Positions 36,711 through 50,756 of a stretch of 64,000 bases of DNA are shown here, in pieces. The DNA lies in the NCBI GenBank assembly GCA_951406725.2, contig OX597816.1, positions 61,380,001 through 61,444,000 of the forward strand, in the 5' to 3' direction. The notes beneath the pieces are model-generated. The model was not told the DNA's origin. It made no database searches and was given only the letters and a program-made list of their open reading frames with translations. The translations under genes were made by a program, and so were the position numbers. The stretch comes from Octopus vulgaris (lineage: Eukaryota). Each line of letters opens with the position of its first letter. Position 1 is the first letter of the stretch.

Positions 36711-37127
36711 AAGGTTGTGAGCTGGCAGAAACGCTAAGACGCCGGGCGAAATGCTTAGCAGTATTTCGTTTGCCGTTATGTTCTGAGTTCAAATTCCGTC
36801 GAGGTCGACTTTGCCTTTCATCCTTTCGGGGTCGATTAAAAAAGTATCAGTTACGCAATGGGGTCGATATAATCGACTTAATCCGTTTGTCTGTCCTTGT
36901 TTGTCCCCTCTGTTTAGCCCCTTGTGGGTAGTAAAGAAATAGATATTTCGTCTGCCGTTATGTTCTGAGTTCAAATTCCGCCGGGGTCGACTTTGCCTTT
37001 CATCCTTTTGGGGTCGATAAATTAAGTACCAGTTACGCACTGGGGTCGATGTAATCGACTTAACCCCTTTGTCTGTCCTTGTTTGTCTCCTCTATATTTA
37101 GCCCCTTGTGGGCAATAAATAAATAAG
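36711..37127 (+). mobile_element. SINE family B tandem dimer inserted in a minus-strand SINE A (36625-37200)
   Basis: Junction aaagaaatag/atatttcg at ~36941; aagacat duplicated on both sides; SINE A sequence resumes after the insert. Confidence 0.88.
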
Positions 37128-37212
37128 ACATCTACCCAAAGTGCCACGCAGTGAGTTCGAACCCAGAATCATGTGACTGGGGAGCAAGCTTCTTACCACG
37201 AAGAAAAAATAT

Positions 37213-37442
37213 ATTTCTTTACTACCCACAAGGGGCTAAACACAGAGGGGACAAACAAGGACAGACAAACGGATTAAGTCGATTACATCGATCCCAGTGC
37301 GTAACTGGTACTTAATTCATCGACCCCAAAGGATGAAAGGCAAAGTCGACCTCGGCGGAATTTGAACCCAGAACGTAACGGCAGACGAAATACGGCTACG
37401 CATTTCGCCCGGCGTGCTAACGTTTCTGCCAGCTCGCCGCCT
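37213..37442 (-). mobile_element. SINE family B monomer, Tx1-type tail
   Basis: Full reverse-complement copy. Confidence 0.9.
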
Positions 37443-38094
37443 TTTTACCTTAACATACCATTTAACACAAAAGATTATGAATATATATAGTCATAATTAA
37501 GCACAATTGTACATATTTCTTATTTCTGTCAATCCCCGTATTTATAGATATCTGCCTGTAAGTATTTAAGTTTAAAGATGTATGTTGTTGACTGTTGGTA
37601 GTTCTTATAAAACCTATTTTCTCTAAAACACACACACACACACACACATTTGGAAATGTGGGTGTATGTTTGTGTTCGTTAGTTTGTTTATGTGTGTGTG
37701 CGTGAACGAGCGTGTGTTCAGCTTGTCCTCACTTGACGTTTCGTTTAACGTCATTTCTTTTCAATGTCGATGTTAATATGACACCAAGATAAAAAATATC
37801 TCAACTGTACGTCTGTCAAACTATCTTTATTTTTGTTTGCTAATATATTTTCCTTCTCTTTCTTTTGTAACTTGTGGTGTTTTCGCTTCCGTAAAATATA
37901 AATAAATAATGATGGATAACGTTACTAGTCACACAATAAAAAAAAAAACACGAACGTCGTCTATGCTACAATCTTTGTATATCTACTTCGTATTTCATAG
38001 TGATACAACCCTTTTAAGGTACGATAGTACGTAAAAAAATATAAAATAGTGGAGTTCCTCGAATTTCATGGTGAAGAAATATCCCTTCGGCTGG

Positions 38095-38295
38095 AGGTAC
38101 AAGGTCTGAAATTTGTGGGGAAGGGACTAGCTGATGACATCGACTCCAATGTTTCACTGGTACTTAATTTATTGACCCCAAAAGGATGAAAAGCAAAGTC
38201 GACCTCGGCGGAATTTGAACTCAGAACGTAGCGGCAGACGAAATGCCGTTAAATATTTCGCCCAGCGTGCTAACGATTCTACCAGCTCAGCGCCT
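38095..38295 (-). mobile_element. SINE family B, alternative tail
   Basis: Same head and body; tail ccccacaaatttcagaccttgtacc; catggtgaagaaatatc occurs on both sides (38067 and 38296), a possible TSD. Confidence 0.8.
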
Positions 38296-38473
38296 CATGG
38301 TGAAGAAATATCAAACAACACCTCATGGATTTGGTACAGCAACGTACCGAAGAAGTTGGTCCAAATGAAGATGCAAAATTAAAACCACCTCGGATTTTGA
38401 CAACTAAGGATCTTTCTGAGCCTTTCCAGTTTCATAGCTCGTAAAGCTTTAATCATTTTCAGTGAAAAAGATC

Positions 38474-38536
<63 letters not shown>

Positions 38537-38703
38537 CAGGGCATAATCGGTACTCAGGGCAAATCGGTACTCAGGGCCCGATCGTATTTCTTTATTGATA
38601 TCTCGCCACAGAATATATAGATAAGAAATAAACCTCTAGACCCGTGAGGGCAACTGCTCAATGCAGCCAAGCTTTTGGACAGTAGTATAGAGAGAGAGAA
38701 AGG

Positions 38704-38734
<31 letters not shown>

Positions 38735-38779
38735 CGAGGGAGAGAAAAAAAGAAAGAAAAGTTCATAAACAGGTGAATT

Positions 38780-38975
38780 TCTAAATTTGTCACAAGGCCA
38801 CCGATTTTGAAGATAGGGAGAAGTCGATTGCAACTGGTACTTATTTTATCGACTCCGAAAGGGTGAAAAACAAAGTCGATCTTGGCAGCAATTGAACTCG
38901 GAAGCTGAAGATCCGGAAGAAATATCGCTAACCGTTTTGTCCGGCGAAGTAACGATTCTCCCAGTTTGCCGCCTT
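38780..38975 (-). mobile_element. Old SINE family B, alternative tail
   Basis: caactggtacttattttatcgac...caaagtcgatcttggc; tail ggtggccttgtgacaaatttagaaa on the minus strand. Confidence 0.65.
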
Positions 38976-39660
38976 AAACAGGTTAATAATGAGCGAACAC
39001 AACAGCTACAAGGAATTATACGAACAGAAGAAAAATAATGCTCGACCACAAACCATGGAAATGTTCTTTAAGTAAATAATCTTATTGATTTTTGAGAATC
39101 TTAGCTAAATGTATTTATAGCACACATATATTACATTGTTTAATTCTAAAGCTGTTTTGAGTTTTATTTAGAAGTTTGTTGCTGTCTTTTTGACGAGGAA
39201 AATACTGCAGGCATATACTGTAGGAATATATAACTCTTGTTTATATCGTTGAACGTATGGTGAAATAGATTTCGATTTACGTCGTTTCACTTAAAATCGC
39301 TCTTCTCAAGAATCTATCTACATACAACGTTAAGTGAGAACTGCGTCAAATATTATGAAGAAATGATGATGCTTGAACGGATGTGCGATTTACCACAGGT
39401 CAGGTGTTGAAGTGATCGTAGAGCAAAGAGAGATGAAGTGTTTTGCTCAAGAACACTGCGCACCACCCAGTACAGTAATTGAAAACATGATCGTGAGTGT
39501 AACACCTTCTCCACTAGGTCACGTGCCTTATACATACATACATACATACATACATACATACATACATACATACATACATACATACATACTTATTCTATAA
39601 TATATAATGTATATATACAAACATCTCTATCTGTCTGTCTGTCTATCTATATAGATAGAT

Positions 39661-40014
39661 GTGGTAAGTAGCTTGCTTACCAACAACGTAGTTCCGGGTC
39701 CAGTCCCACTGCGTGACGCCTTGGGCAAGTGTCTTCTACTATGGCCTCGGGCCGACCAGAGCCTTGTGAGTGGATTTGGTAGACGGAAACTGAAAGAAGC
39801 TCGTCGTATTTATGTATATGTATATATATGTGTGTGTGTTTGTGTGTCTGTGTTCCCCCTCCCCAACATCGCTTGACAACCGATGCTGGTGTGTTTACGT
39901 CTCCGTAACTTAGCGGTTCGGCAAAAAGAGACCGATAGAATAAGTCCGGGGAATCGATTTCCTCGACTAAATGTCCGCAGTGAAATGACTAAAACAAATA
40001 AAAGAGTAAAGAGA

Positions 40015-40015
<1 letters not shown>
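39661..40015 (+). mobile_element. SINE family A
   Basis: gtggtaagtagcttgc...aaaagagtaaagag, with small internal deletions. Confidence 0.88.
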
Positions 40016-40076
<61 letters not shown>

Positions 40077-40215
40077 AAGAAAGTTGGTTTGTGAAAGCAC
40101 GTGGTTGAATATATAGAAAATAGTAAAAAGTGAAAAAACTACAGAAGGCTTAAAGGTAAAAAAATATATATATTTGCGTCAATATGTCTGAAGAATATTA
40201 AAAATTTTACTATTT

Positions 40216-40283
<68 letters not shown>

Positions 40284-40344
40284 CATACATATATACATAC
40301 ATATATATATACATACATATATATATACATACATATATATATAT

Positions 40345-40387
<43 letters not shown>

Positions 40388-40467
40388 CATATATATATAT
40401 ACATACATATATATATACATATATAGAAAAAATATATATACATATATATATATACATATAAATATAC

Positions 40468-40514
<47 letters not shown>

Positions 40515-40757
40515 CACACATATACATATATATATATACATATATATATACATATATATATTTATACATATATACATATATATATACTTATATATATTTA
40601 TACATGTATACATATATATATTTATACATATATACATATATATATATATATACATGTATATATTTATGCATATATACATATATATATATATACATATATA
40701 TATACATGTATATATTTATACATATATATATTTATACATATATATATATATATATAT

Positions 40758-40792
<35 letters not shown>

Positions 40793-40855
40793 GATATATA
40801 TATATACATATATATATATATACATGTAATATATATATAATACATAAAATATATA
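40216..40855. repeat. (TC)n plus long imperfect (TA)/(TACA)n tract
   Basis: Direct reading. Confidence 0.95.
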
Positions 40856-41268
40856 TACTCTTTTTACTCTTTTTACTTGTTTCAGTCATTTGACTGCGGC
40901 CATGCTGAAGCACCGCCTTTAGTCGTGCAAATCGACCCCGGGACTTATTCTTTGTAAGCCCAGTACTTATTCTATCGGTCTCTTTTGCCGAACCGCTAAG
41001 TGACGGGGACGTAAACACACCAGCATCGGCTGTCAAGCAAAGCTAGGGGGACAAACACAGACACACAAACACACACACACATACATATATATATATACAT
41101 ATATACAATAGGCTTCTTTCAGTTTCCGTCTACCAAATCCACTCACAAGGCATTGGTCGGCCCGAGGCTATAGCAGACGACACTTGCCCAAGATGCCGCG
41201 CAGTGGGACTGAACCCGGAACCATGTGGTTGGTTAGCAAGCTACTTACCACACAGCCACTCCTGCACC
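40856..41268 (-). mobile_element. SINE family A, full length
   Basis: Near-consensus copy. Confidence 0.9.
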
Positions 41269-41302
41269 TATATATAGGTGCAGGAGACGGTGCAGGAGAC
41301 GG

Positions 41303-41630
<328 letters not shown>

Positions 41631-41838
41631 ACAGAATATATAAGGAGTTTTTGTCAACTGCAACTGAAAGTGTGATGTTGAGACTGTCTGTCAGAAGTGG
41701 CTAGAAGTAGTTTCTCATTGAGCAGGTAAATATAGATGAAAGTTAAAATGTAAAAGCAAAACTTTTCGCACCACTTGAAAAAGAAATTTAATTTAGATAG
41801 AAACTATAAACATATACGTGTATATTCTCTATCTAAAT

Positions 41839-41910
<72 letters not shown>

Positions 41911-42780
41911 CGCCATCGTGCAATAGAGCGAACCCGGAAGTACTTGGTTTCGTAGCAAACATCTTAGCCACATAGCCATGACTAACACTGGTATGGTGCA
42001 TGATTGCGAAAGTGCATGATGCTCTAAAAGTATTGACTGTACAGACACACAATGCATCCATCTCATGCTTTAACTTTACCATCACCACTTCAATTTATGT
42101 TCACTGACATCTTTGTTGGCTTCACTGAAAGAAGTGAATGTTTAACATTTACTACTTCTACTTCAATGCAGCCGATGTTTTATATTTACAAACCCCATTT
42201 TCGGCGTCACTAATGATCTTAATTCAGAGAAATCCCATTTCTCCTAGATATTTGTTCATTCAATAAGATACACACTATCAATGGCTTTATATTCCACCAT
42301 TTAATCAGCATTCCAATACTTATTTCTACTCCGAATCACCAAAGAAATCTATAAAACTCACAGGCAAAGGCTTTCTTTAGCGAATGTCCATTTCTAATAA
42401 TGTTCCGTCATTCCATACAACGCTAATATGATCATACGACGGAGGCACTACACCGTTGTCCGGCCTGCTAGAAATGGCAACCAATCTCACTCAAATCCCA
42501 CTATACCATCTTATAAAAGGAAGCACACAGCAGATACATAGATATCCTGAATCATGTAGCTGACTAGGAGATCAAACCTTGTAATAAACAAAAACAATCT
42601 CACACCAACACACACTACCATTGAAAGAGAGCCGTTTCAAAATCTTATAGCAAGTCACTGTACTGGCTGGCCTGGGGATATAAAGAGATACACCTGCCCA
42701 ACGTACCGCACAATAGGACTGAACTAAAAAAAAAAACTGGGTTACAAGGCGAACTTCTCAACCACACCGCCATTCTACGC

Positions 42781-42832
<52 letters not shown>

Positions 42833-43059
42833 CCATGTATGTATACATATATGTACATATACACACATATATACATATGTTTGAATGTTCAATATTGAAT
42901 GTTTTCTATAATTTTATATGTGTACGTCTGTGTGTTCTATCCATCATTTTCATTCTTCCCTCCCTACCTCACCCTTCTCCTTCTCTACCTCATGCCACTC
43001 CTCATTTTGCTGTGTCACTCCCCACGCAAACCACTTACACATCACTCCTCTACTTTATT

Positions 43060-43225
43060 CTTTCCGTCATTATCAATTTTGAACCTAAGCACTCTTATAT
43101 TTTGTCTCTCTTTCTCGCTTATCTCCGATGAAGGTAAAATGTCCGAAACGTCAAACGTCTGTTCTTCACGACACAAATATTCTGTTAAGCGCTTACAGGG
43201 TTAAAATTATGCCAAACGTGAAGTT
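43060..43225 (+). mobile_element. Penelope-type terminal repeat relic with a degenerate hammerhead motif
   Basis: ccgatga-agg..tcc-gaaacgtc at 43125-43152; downstream aagcgctta resembles the 58921-59200 element. Confidence 0.45.
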
Positions 43226-45184
43226 ACATGTATCATCATCATCATCATCATCATCAATATCATCATCATCCTCGTTGTTAATACTTGTAGTGATAGAGGA
43301 GGTGGTATGGTGGTGGTAGTTGTAGATGTAGTATTTGTCGTTTTTGTTGTTGTTACTATTCTTTAGCCACAGGCCAGCTTGCTCATGGTCAGAGTAGTTC
43401 TTGCAACCATCCAGCAATTTACATAATATATGTAAGTTTGATTATCTAATTCGACCGTTCTTTTCCCTTTTTTTGATGAAGATAGTGTAATTCGAAGGAA
43501 ATATGGCTACTATTTATAGCCGATCGAAAGACTATATAACGGCGCCGTCGATAATTTTCCTTCGAACTTAGTTCTGTCTGAAACCCTGCTGCCTGTATTC
43601 AAATATATTTCATATGTACTCGATAGTTTGAACTACCTAAATGAATTTTTATTATAATATGAACGCACAGTTGAGCAATGTACTCATACATCGAGTCCTG
43701 TTAGTAGTTCTGTTATTTCTTTCGGATTTTTTACTTGTAATGACTATAATTAATATAATGTAATGTCCAGAAATGTTGTCAACAAACTCAATTGTTTTAG
43801 TTTTGTTATTGTTTACTCGTGTTAAAAACAACAACCCAATTCTAATATGCATTTAAGAAACAAAACAGATAAACTGAAAACGGTAGAAAGCTATTGCCAT
43901 CTCATGAGGCAGAGAACAACATTATCAATAAATAAAGAAAACTAATACATCAGAGAAAAGAACTGGTCTCTGAGATACAAATGATTGTTAAGAAATTGAA
44001 AGAAATTGTTGATGAGAATGAAGACACATAATGTTTAACTAGTGAAAATACAGCAGAATTGGGGGAAGCAGCTGTGCTGAAAGATAATAAAAATTAATTT
44101 TAGTTTCTATTCCTGTAGATTTCTTATCGTACCTCAACAAACATATAAAAAAAAATCTTTGTGAAAATCTGAAAGCAGCTTTTCCAAAGACGGTGATTTG
44201 CGAAAGGAAAATTGTCGTTCTGGAAAATCTCAGTGGCGTCGTAAATTCGAGGAATACATAATTTGTTAAGCCAATAAATAACCTGTACGAAGATTTGCAG
44301 GTGCTAGCACGTTCTGCACAGATAACTGCATGGACCAAGGTGTGAAGATCCCAATCTGTCATTATTTTTTTAGGAAAAATCGCGTTACAATTTGTGTCTA
44401 CGAAACCAATAATATAAGGAAATATTGATTCTCCATGAAATTAATTTTAATTCAACAGACACAATCGCAGACACAAAGTAATGAAACGCTGGTAACCAAT
44501 CAAATAGAAGCTTTTTTTTTTGCAAGAAACTTTAACAAACCATGACATTAATAATGGGCGTGTCTCAGTGTCTGGTCAAATGTCCAGAATTATTTGCATA
44601 AATTTTGATCTGCGGAATATGAGAAGACCAATGTATACATGAATCTACGAATAAAACTAATCGATCCGAAATAATCGAAAACAGTCCTGTTATTTCCACT
44701 ACAATTGAGAGGTTCTTGTTATTAACTTAGGTTCTTTTTGTACAAGTAACATATTTAATTTTAACATAGGTACAAAGCCGCAAAGTTTAGAACGAGAGAT
44801 ATAGTTAGTTAAATCACTTTCGTACAGTTATTTTAGTTTATCCATAAAAATAATAGGTATAGTTCGCTTTGATAGGATCTGAATTTTGAACGTAAAGTGA
44901 CCAGATTAAATATTGCGAGGTATTTTTGTGTTCGACGCACCATAAATCTCAGTCTGTGCTATACAAGAAACACACTGCAATCAGCAGGATGGATATCACA
45001 GAGATTAGAAACATCGATTAAATGTAAATCTTCCTTTTTCCTTTCTTGCCAGCTTGTTTGGGGTGTTATGCAAATAGCTAGCTCCGAGAAACAGAAGCTA
45101 TTGTAGAAGTGGTAGAAAGAGTTAGAGAAGCCAGAGTCTATAGAACTGAGAGATGAAGTGTACTGGTAACTCCTTGTTAGTCGG

Positions 45185-45345
45185 TCAAGGACAATCACGG
45201 GAAACTTGCGGTCCGCAGGACTTTCTGAATGACATGTCTTACGAGAAAATTACCTTGAATTTTCTTAGTAATGCGGCCCACCTAATGACAAGCAATGTCT
45301 CATGCGGCCGGCTTCTTAAAAAAAAGGTTGACCATACTTTGTCTA
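45185..45345 (+). mobile_element. Degenerate hAT (Charlie-like) MITE, same family as 50427-50574
   Basis: ttctgaatgacatg..gaaaattaccttgaa..tagtaatgcggccc aligns to the reverse complement of 50427-50574. Confidence 0.6.
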
Positions 45346-46444
45346 GGATGTTTGTTGCAGCAGCACTGTTCTTTGTTTGAAAGTAGCGATTCATTGTGGT
45401 TCTCATTTGAGGTTTGTAAAGAAACAGTTGTTCGGGGGTGAATTATTTTTTGGCTCCGAAGAGTTAGGCTATGCCGTGAATGCTATGGATTTAAGATCAC
45501 CAATGAGATTATCAGTAATTGTGAGGCTTTATAGGTATCATAAGGGTGCAGGCGATGGTAATTTGTTAAAATCTGAATTGGAAGATGAAAAATACATCAA
45601 AGATGTGAAGGTTGTACTTGTGAAGATTAGTGTGAGCGAGTATACAAATTGCTGTTGAGAATTAAAGATTTAATAAAATAAGAAAAAAAGAAACTGAATC
45701 GGCTTCTATACGAGCAGCATTAGTGTAGGATGAGTGAGAGATAAAAAAAAAAGAGCTATAGTCACTGGAAATGATTTCAGAGAGAAGTGAAATAAGATAT
45801 ACATCCTTAATGCAGAACGGGAGATATTGAATCAGTTGAGAGGTTGCTGGAAGAGTTAGGAAAGGAGTGGAGGAAATTGGCAGGCTTAGAGTTATGAGGA
45901 AAGAAGCCTTTAATGTGAATCTCGAGCTTAAACTGATTATTTTTATCACTATCGAAAGAGGAATGAAATTATTTCACCTTTGCTTGTGGTTAAGGAAAAA
46001 TGGGAAAAAGATAGAAACAGAGGGATGAAGTAATAAAAAGAGTTATGCCAGATTTTCTTTATATATATATTATATCAAAAGAAAATCTGGCAAAATATTC
46101 GAAAAATAGTAAAAAAAATAGCCAGAGAAGTAACTATCAAAAATGTCAGCAATTACAACTATCATTTTATTTTATCTGCTACATCAATAAGCGTAAACAA
46201 TACAAATAACAGCACTACCGTCAACTGTATTATCAAGAACATTGATTACATCAAGCTTAGAAATAAAGGCTGATAAAGTTGTGTGGTAAAGCTATTCCCA
46301 TCGCAACCATGTGGTTCAGAGTTTGATTCTCGTTTGCAGTGCCTTGGACAGATGTCTTAAATGACTTCAACTACAGCTGCTGGTCGGCCTGAACTTTGTG
46401 AGTGAAGTTTGGTAGACGGAAGTTGTAAGGAAATCTGTCTTATA

Positions 46445-46550
46445 CGAGGGGTGTATGAAAAGTCTTGAGCCTCAGAAAAACAAAACATGGTACAAGACTT
46501 CCGATGAAGGTACAAGACTTCAAGGTTCAACACTTTTCATACACCCCTCT
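46445..46550. mobile_element. ~105-bp mariner-type MITE inside an old SINE A
   Basis: TA then cgaggggtgtatgaaaagt ... acttttcatacacccctc. Confidence 0.75.
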
Positions 46551-46601
46551 TGTGTGTGCAAACTCCTGTATATGTATTGAATATCTTATAAAAGAGAGTG
46601 T

Positions 46602-46647
<46 letters not shown>

Positions 46648-46666
46648 ATCTCTGTATGTGTGTGTG

Positions 46667-46743
<77 letters not shown>

Positions 46744-46836
46744 GTATGTACATATATGTATGTATATGTGCATATATTTATATATTATTTATATTATTAT
46801 ATGATCGAATGCCACGCATCCTTTTCCAAGTAAGTT

Positions 46837-46912
<76 letters not shown>

Positions 46913-47615
46913 ATCTGAAACAAAGGAAAAAAAAGGATTGAAAGTCTAGGCGAATACTTTATACTGTAGGGATCAAACTTATCTAACTAGATTGTCCAGT
47001 GAAAGCTATAGTAATTCACTTAGACCGTAAATTTACTTTCCACTTCCTGTCTAATTTGTAAATCTTAAGTTCAATCACCAAACAAATCCCGTATAAGGCC
47101 AGAGAGTCAGTAGAGAATTATTAATTATTTAATCAGCTTACCGACGTTTCGAATAGATTAAGAAATTCCAAAAATGTGCAATGTAGTAATCAGGTATATT
47201 AATTGATCTCATATTTGATCGACTAATATTCTATTGAGATATAGAAATTTTACACCATACTATCCTTATGAAGGCTATACCACACTGCATGGAATAGGTA
47301 ACATTTTAAGGACGATAGAAATTAGTAAAACTAACAATATTGACCGCAAGTGGGTATTTCAACAGACCTATTTAGGAATTGCATTTACCAGATCATGATA
47401 GTATTGTAATATGATACTTAATTTCTACAATCCATCCTAGAAGCTTGAAGAATGTTTATGACAAAATTTCTATCACATTTAAACTACTACTAACCAATTC
47501 ATATACATAGAACCATACTGTGTAGTAGATATATCATTTAGGTTACGATGAAAATGTCATCTGATCAGTATTAATTCTAAATATAAACTATAAGTAGAAG
47601 AAAACACGTTGAATT

Positions 47616-48573
47616 TGTAGCGTACGTCTTGATGGAGATTCCTCTCTCTCTCTCTCTCTCTATTATATATACATAAATACAGACGTAGTAGATAACAGCT
47701 AGCCTTCGGCCGCCCTTTTAGACGCTGTTGTGTCCACTACTCTGATTGGTTGGTATTGGCACAATTTGTCTCTTGCTCTGTTGTGCGCCAATATGCAACC
47801 CAACCAATCGCAGCCTTCTGATAAGGTCACGCGAAACAGTCTCTTCTAAACATCAGTTTGCGCCGATTGCTCCCTATAAAACTTCAGCGACACATCGAGT
47901 CGATGTCTTTCGGTTCCAGACTTTCTGAGGTCTAACCACTGACCACACAGGACGCAGCCAATTCCAGCGACGACACAACAGCAGCCACATGGAGACTCGT
48001 CAACTTTGTTCAGCAGCATTCAGGACCTCCATCTCTGTTGTCAGCATTCATCCTAACATCAACATCGCCTGTCTACGTACACAGCAGCCAGCAACCCTCG
48101 CACAGGTTCTATCTCCTCACTGTTTGTGAATTACTTCACCATGGTTAACAGCAAATACAACCTGCGAGAACTCCTGTAACAAGTGACCATCGGCAGCAGC
48201 ATCGTAGCCCCAAATTCTTGTACGACATGTACATCAACTGGCTCTGCTTCACCACAACTTCTTGTTACAGCACTTCAACTATCGTGTACCTTGACTACGA
48301 ACTGGTTTTATCATCCTTATGTCTGAACATTCCTCTAACGTCATATTATAGACTCTTTCAATGCTACATGACGGCCTGTCTATTATTATATATGACGCAT
48401 ACACACACATGTTAACATATAAATAAAATCTTCTCTTAAACATTCTACTCGGTTGTGTCTCTCTTTTCCTTCTGGCATTTATACTCATTTATCCTTTTCG
48501 CATTTATTGTATCGACCGTGTGGTGTACTAAAGGAGCCATTCTCATCACCTCTCCTTCGCACGGTCGTTTACA
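47616..48573 (+). mobile_element. Solo LTR (958 bp, probably gypsy)
   Basis: TGTAGCG...CGTTTACA termini, 4-bp TSD AATT on both sides, ctataaaa near 47875, AATAAA at 48422. Confidence 0.8.
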
Positions 48574-48837
48574 AATTCATGAAAATTTCAAAGGAAAATA
48601 AACAATACGTTATTCACCAAGGAAGATAGTCTATGCTTAGATAAAGAATTCATTGAAATAGAATAAGCCTGGTGTTAAATTTTTCTATCTCTGTGTGGAA
48701 TCTTAGTGGATCAAGTATGGGACCAGTAAATACACCCGATTACTGCATCTCAGAGTTTCGGAATTTGCCAATCTATTCGAAATGTGGGTAAGCTGATTAA
48801 ATAATATGTAATTCTCCATTCTTTTGTGCTTTACTCA

Positions 48838-48880
<43 letters not shown>

Positions 48881-48882
48881 AA

Positions 48883-49407
48883 CAGTGTTTAATAAAATGA
48901 AGTAGCATGAAACAATTGTACTACTCTACCTTGGATATACTTGTTGCTTATTTTGATTATAATCACCCCATTTGATTTATATGGATAATACCATACAAAA
49001 TTCTGGTGCCTTTGCCTATATATATATATATATAAGTTCAGCAACATTTAGATTCAGATGAATATGGTACTTAAGTCAAAGGCACCAGAATTTTGTATGG
49101 TATTATCCATATAAATCAAATGGGGTGATTATAATCAAAATAAGCAAGAAGTATATCCAAGGTAGAGTAGTACAATTGTTTCATGCTACTTCATTTTATT
49201 AAACACTGTAAGTATTACGTCAGTTTTAAAATGTCGAGCAATCTTCAGCCACTTACAGAATTTTCCAATCCAACGGACAATGCACATTCTTATCCCTTGA
49301 AGATTGCTCGACATTTTAAAACTGAGATAATACTTAGTGTTTAATAAAATGAAGTAGCATGAAACAATTGTACTACTATACCTTGGATATACTTGTTGCT
49401 TATTTTG

Positions 49408-49412
<5 letters not shown>
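48883..49412. repeat. Three alternating-orientation copies of a ~130-bp unit bounded by (TA)n
   Basis: 48883-49014 is inverted at 49077-49208; 49128-49247 is inverted at 49298-49412. Confidence 0.9.
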
Positions 49413-49468
<56 letters not shown>

Positions 49469-49551
49469 AGAGTACTGAATACATACAGCAAAGTTATTTA
49501 TTTGGTCATGTACAGTTACTGATTTATTCTGTCACTAATCAGATTTTTTTT

Positions 49552-49594
<43 letters not shown>

Positions 49595-49960
49595 TTACGC
49601 GCGCGCGCGCGTGTGCGTATGCGTTTGTGTCTTGGTGTGTATGTGTGTATATACGATGGATGTTGTAGAATAGAATATAAATTGCTTATCACAAGTTCTA
49701 GCTAGTTATTTCACAATCGTTACATATATCACCAATATCCTCTGGAAATGTATGAACATCATAACTCCCGAATCCCCCCAACTCCTTCGTTCCCTAACTT
49801 TAAGACTACGCCAAACTCAATAGGACTAATCACTCGTCGATGAATATCCTTGATTAGGTAAAATTCAAGTTATTGCCGTTATTCATCACACTTGCGTGAG
49901 ATAAATAAATTACCGATTGCTTTAAATCTATGTTGAAGATTGAGCAGAGTGGAAGTTGAG

Positions 49961-50025
<65 letters not shown>

Positions 50026-50426
50026 TGGGAAAGAAATAGGTAGAGAGAGAAAGAGTGAGTTGGGGAGAGAGAGAGAAAAAGACAGGGAGTGGGACACAGA
50101 AGGATAGAGAATGCTGGAGTAGATTAAGAAAGAGGCGAAGCTTTATTGACGGTATACGATATAATCACTTATAACGATCTAGGGACTGAGATACCGCCAT
50201 TACGACTCCATTGCAACACACAGAGTCTCGTTTCAGTTAGAATTTAAATTGGTGTGATTAACAACATGCTAATGTGAAACTGAATTTTTAGTTTTAAGGA
50301 AATTATAGAGCTATTTATCAATCCAACCGACTTTTAGCGTTACCGCATTCTCTAAATTACTTCAGATATTAATCTACCGATTACAAATTTTGGCGGTGTA
50401 GATACAAAGGCTTAAACATTCTAGAA

Positions 50427-50574
50427 CAGGCTTAGGCGATCTTTTTCTGAGAAGCGAACCACATGAGACATGACTCATCATGAGGCGGGCTGCATTACTA
50501 AACAAGTTCAAAGTAATTTTTCGTTTGGGCATGCCATTCAGAAAATGCTGCAGGTTGTTGATTGCCCATGACTG
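50427..50574 (-). mobile_element. hAT-Charlie-like MITE
   Basis: caggcttaggcga / ttgcccatgactg termini; TSD ttctagaa / gtctagaa. Confidence 0.8.
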
Positions 50575-50756
50575 GTCTAGAACAATAATCTCCATTCTCT
50601 TTGAATCTGTGGATCCAACCTTCACACCAAAGATACCTCATTGATACTTTCGATGGCAGTCATTGCATTATTTCACACGTGGTGAAATATTTTATTTATT
50701 TATTTTTTTTGTAAAACGATTGATATTTTTCATTCGCAATATATCTCTGTATATTT

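Noticed and set aside
45400-45950. Weak ORFs on both strands
   Set aside because: No recognisable motif or splice pattern; probably an old transposon relic that I cannot assign
46046-46092. Perfect 15-bp inverted repeat around a TA spacer as a miRNA precursor or terminator
   Set aside because: Too short and low-complexity; most likely a local template-switch event
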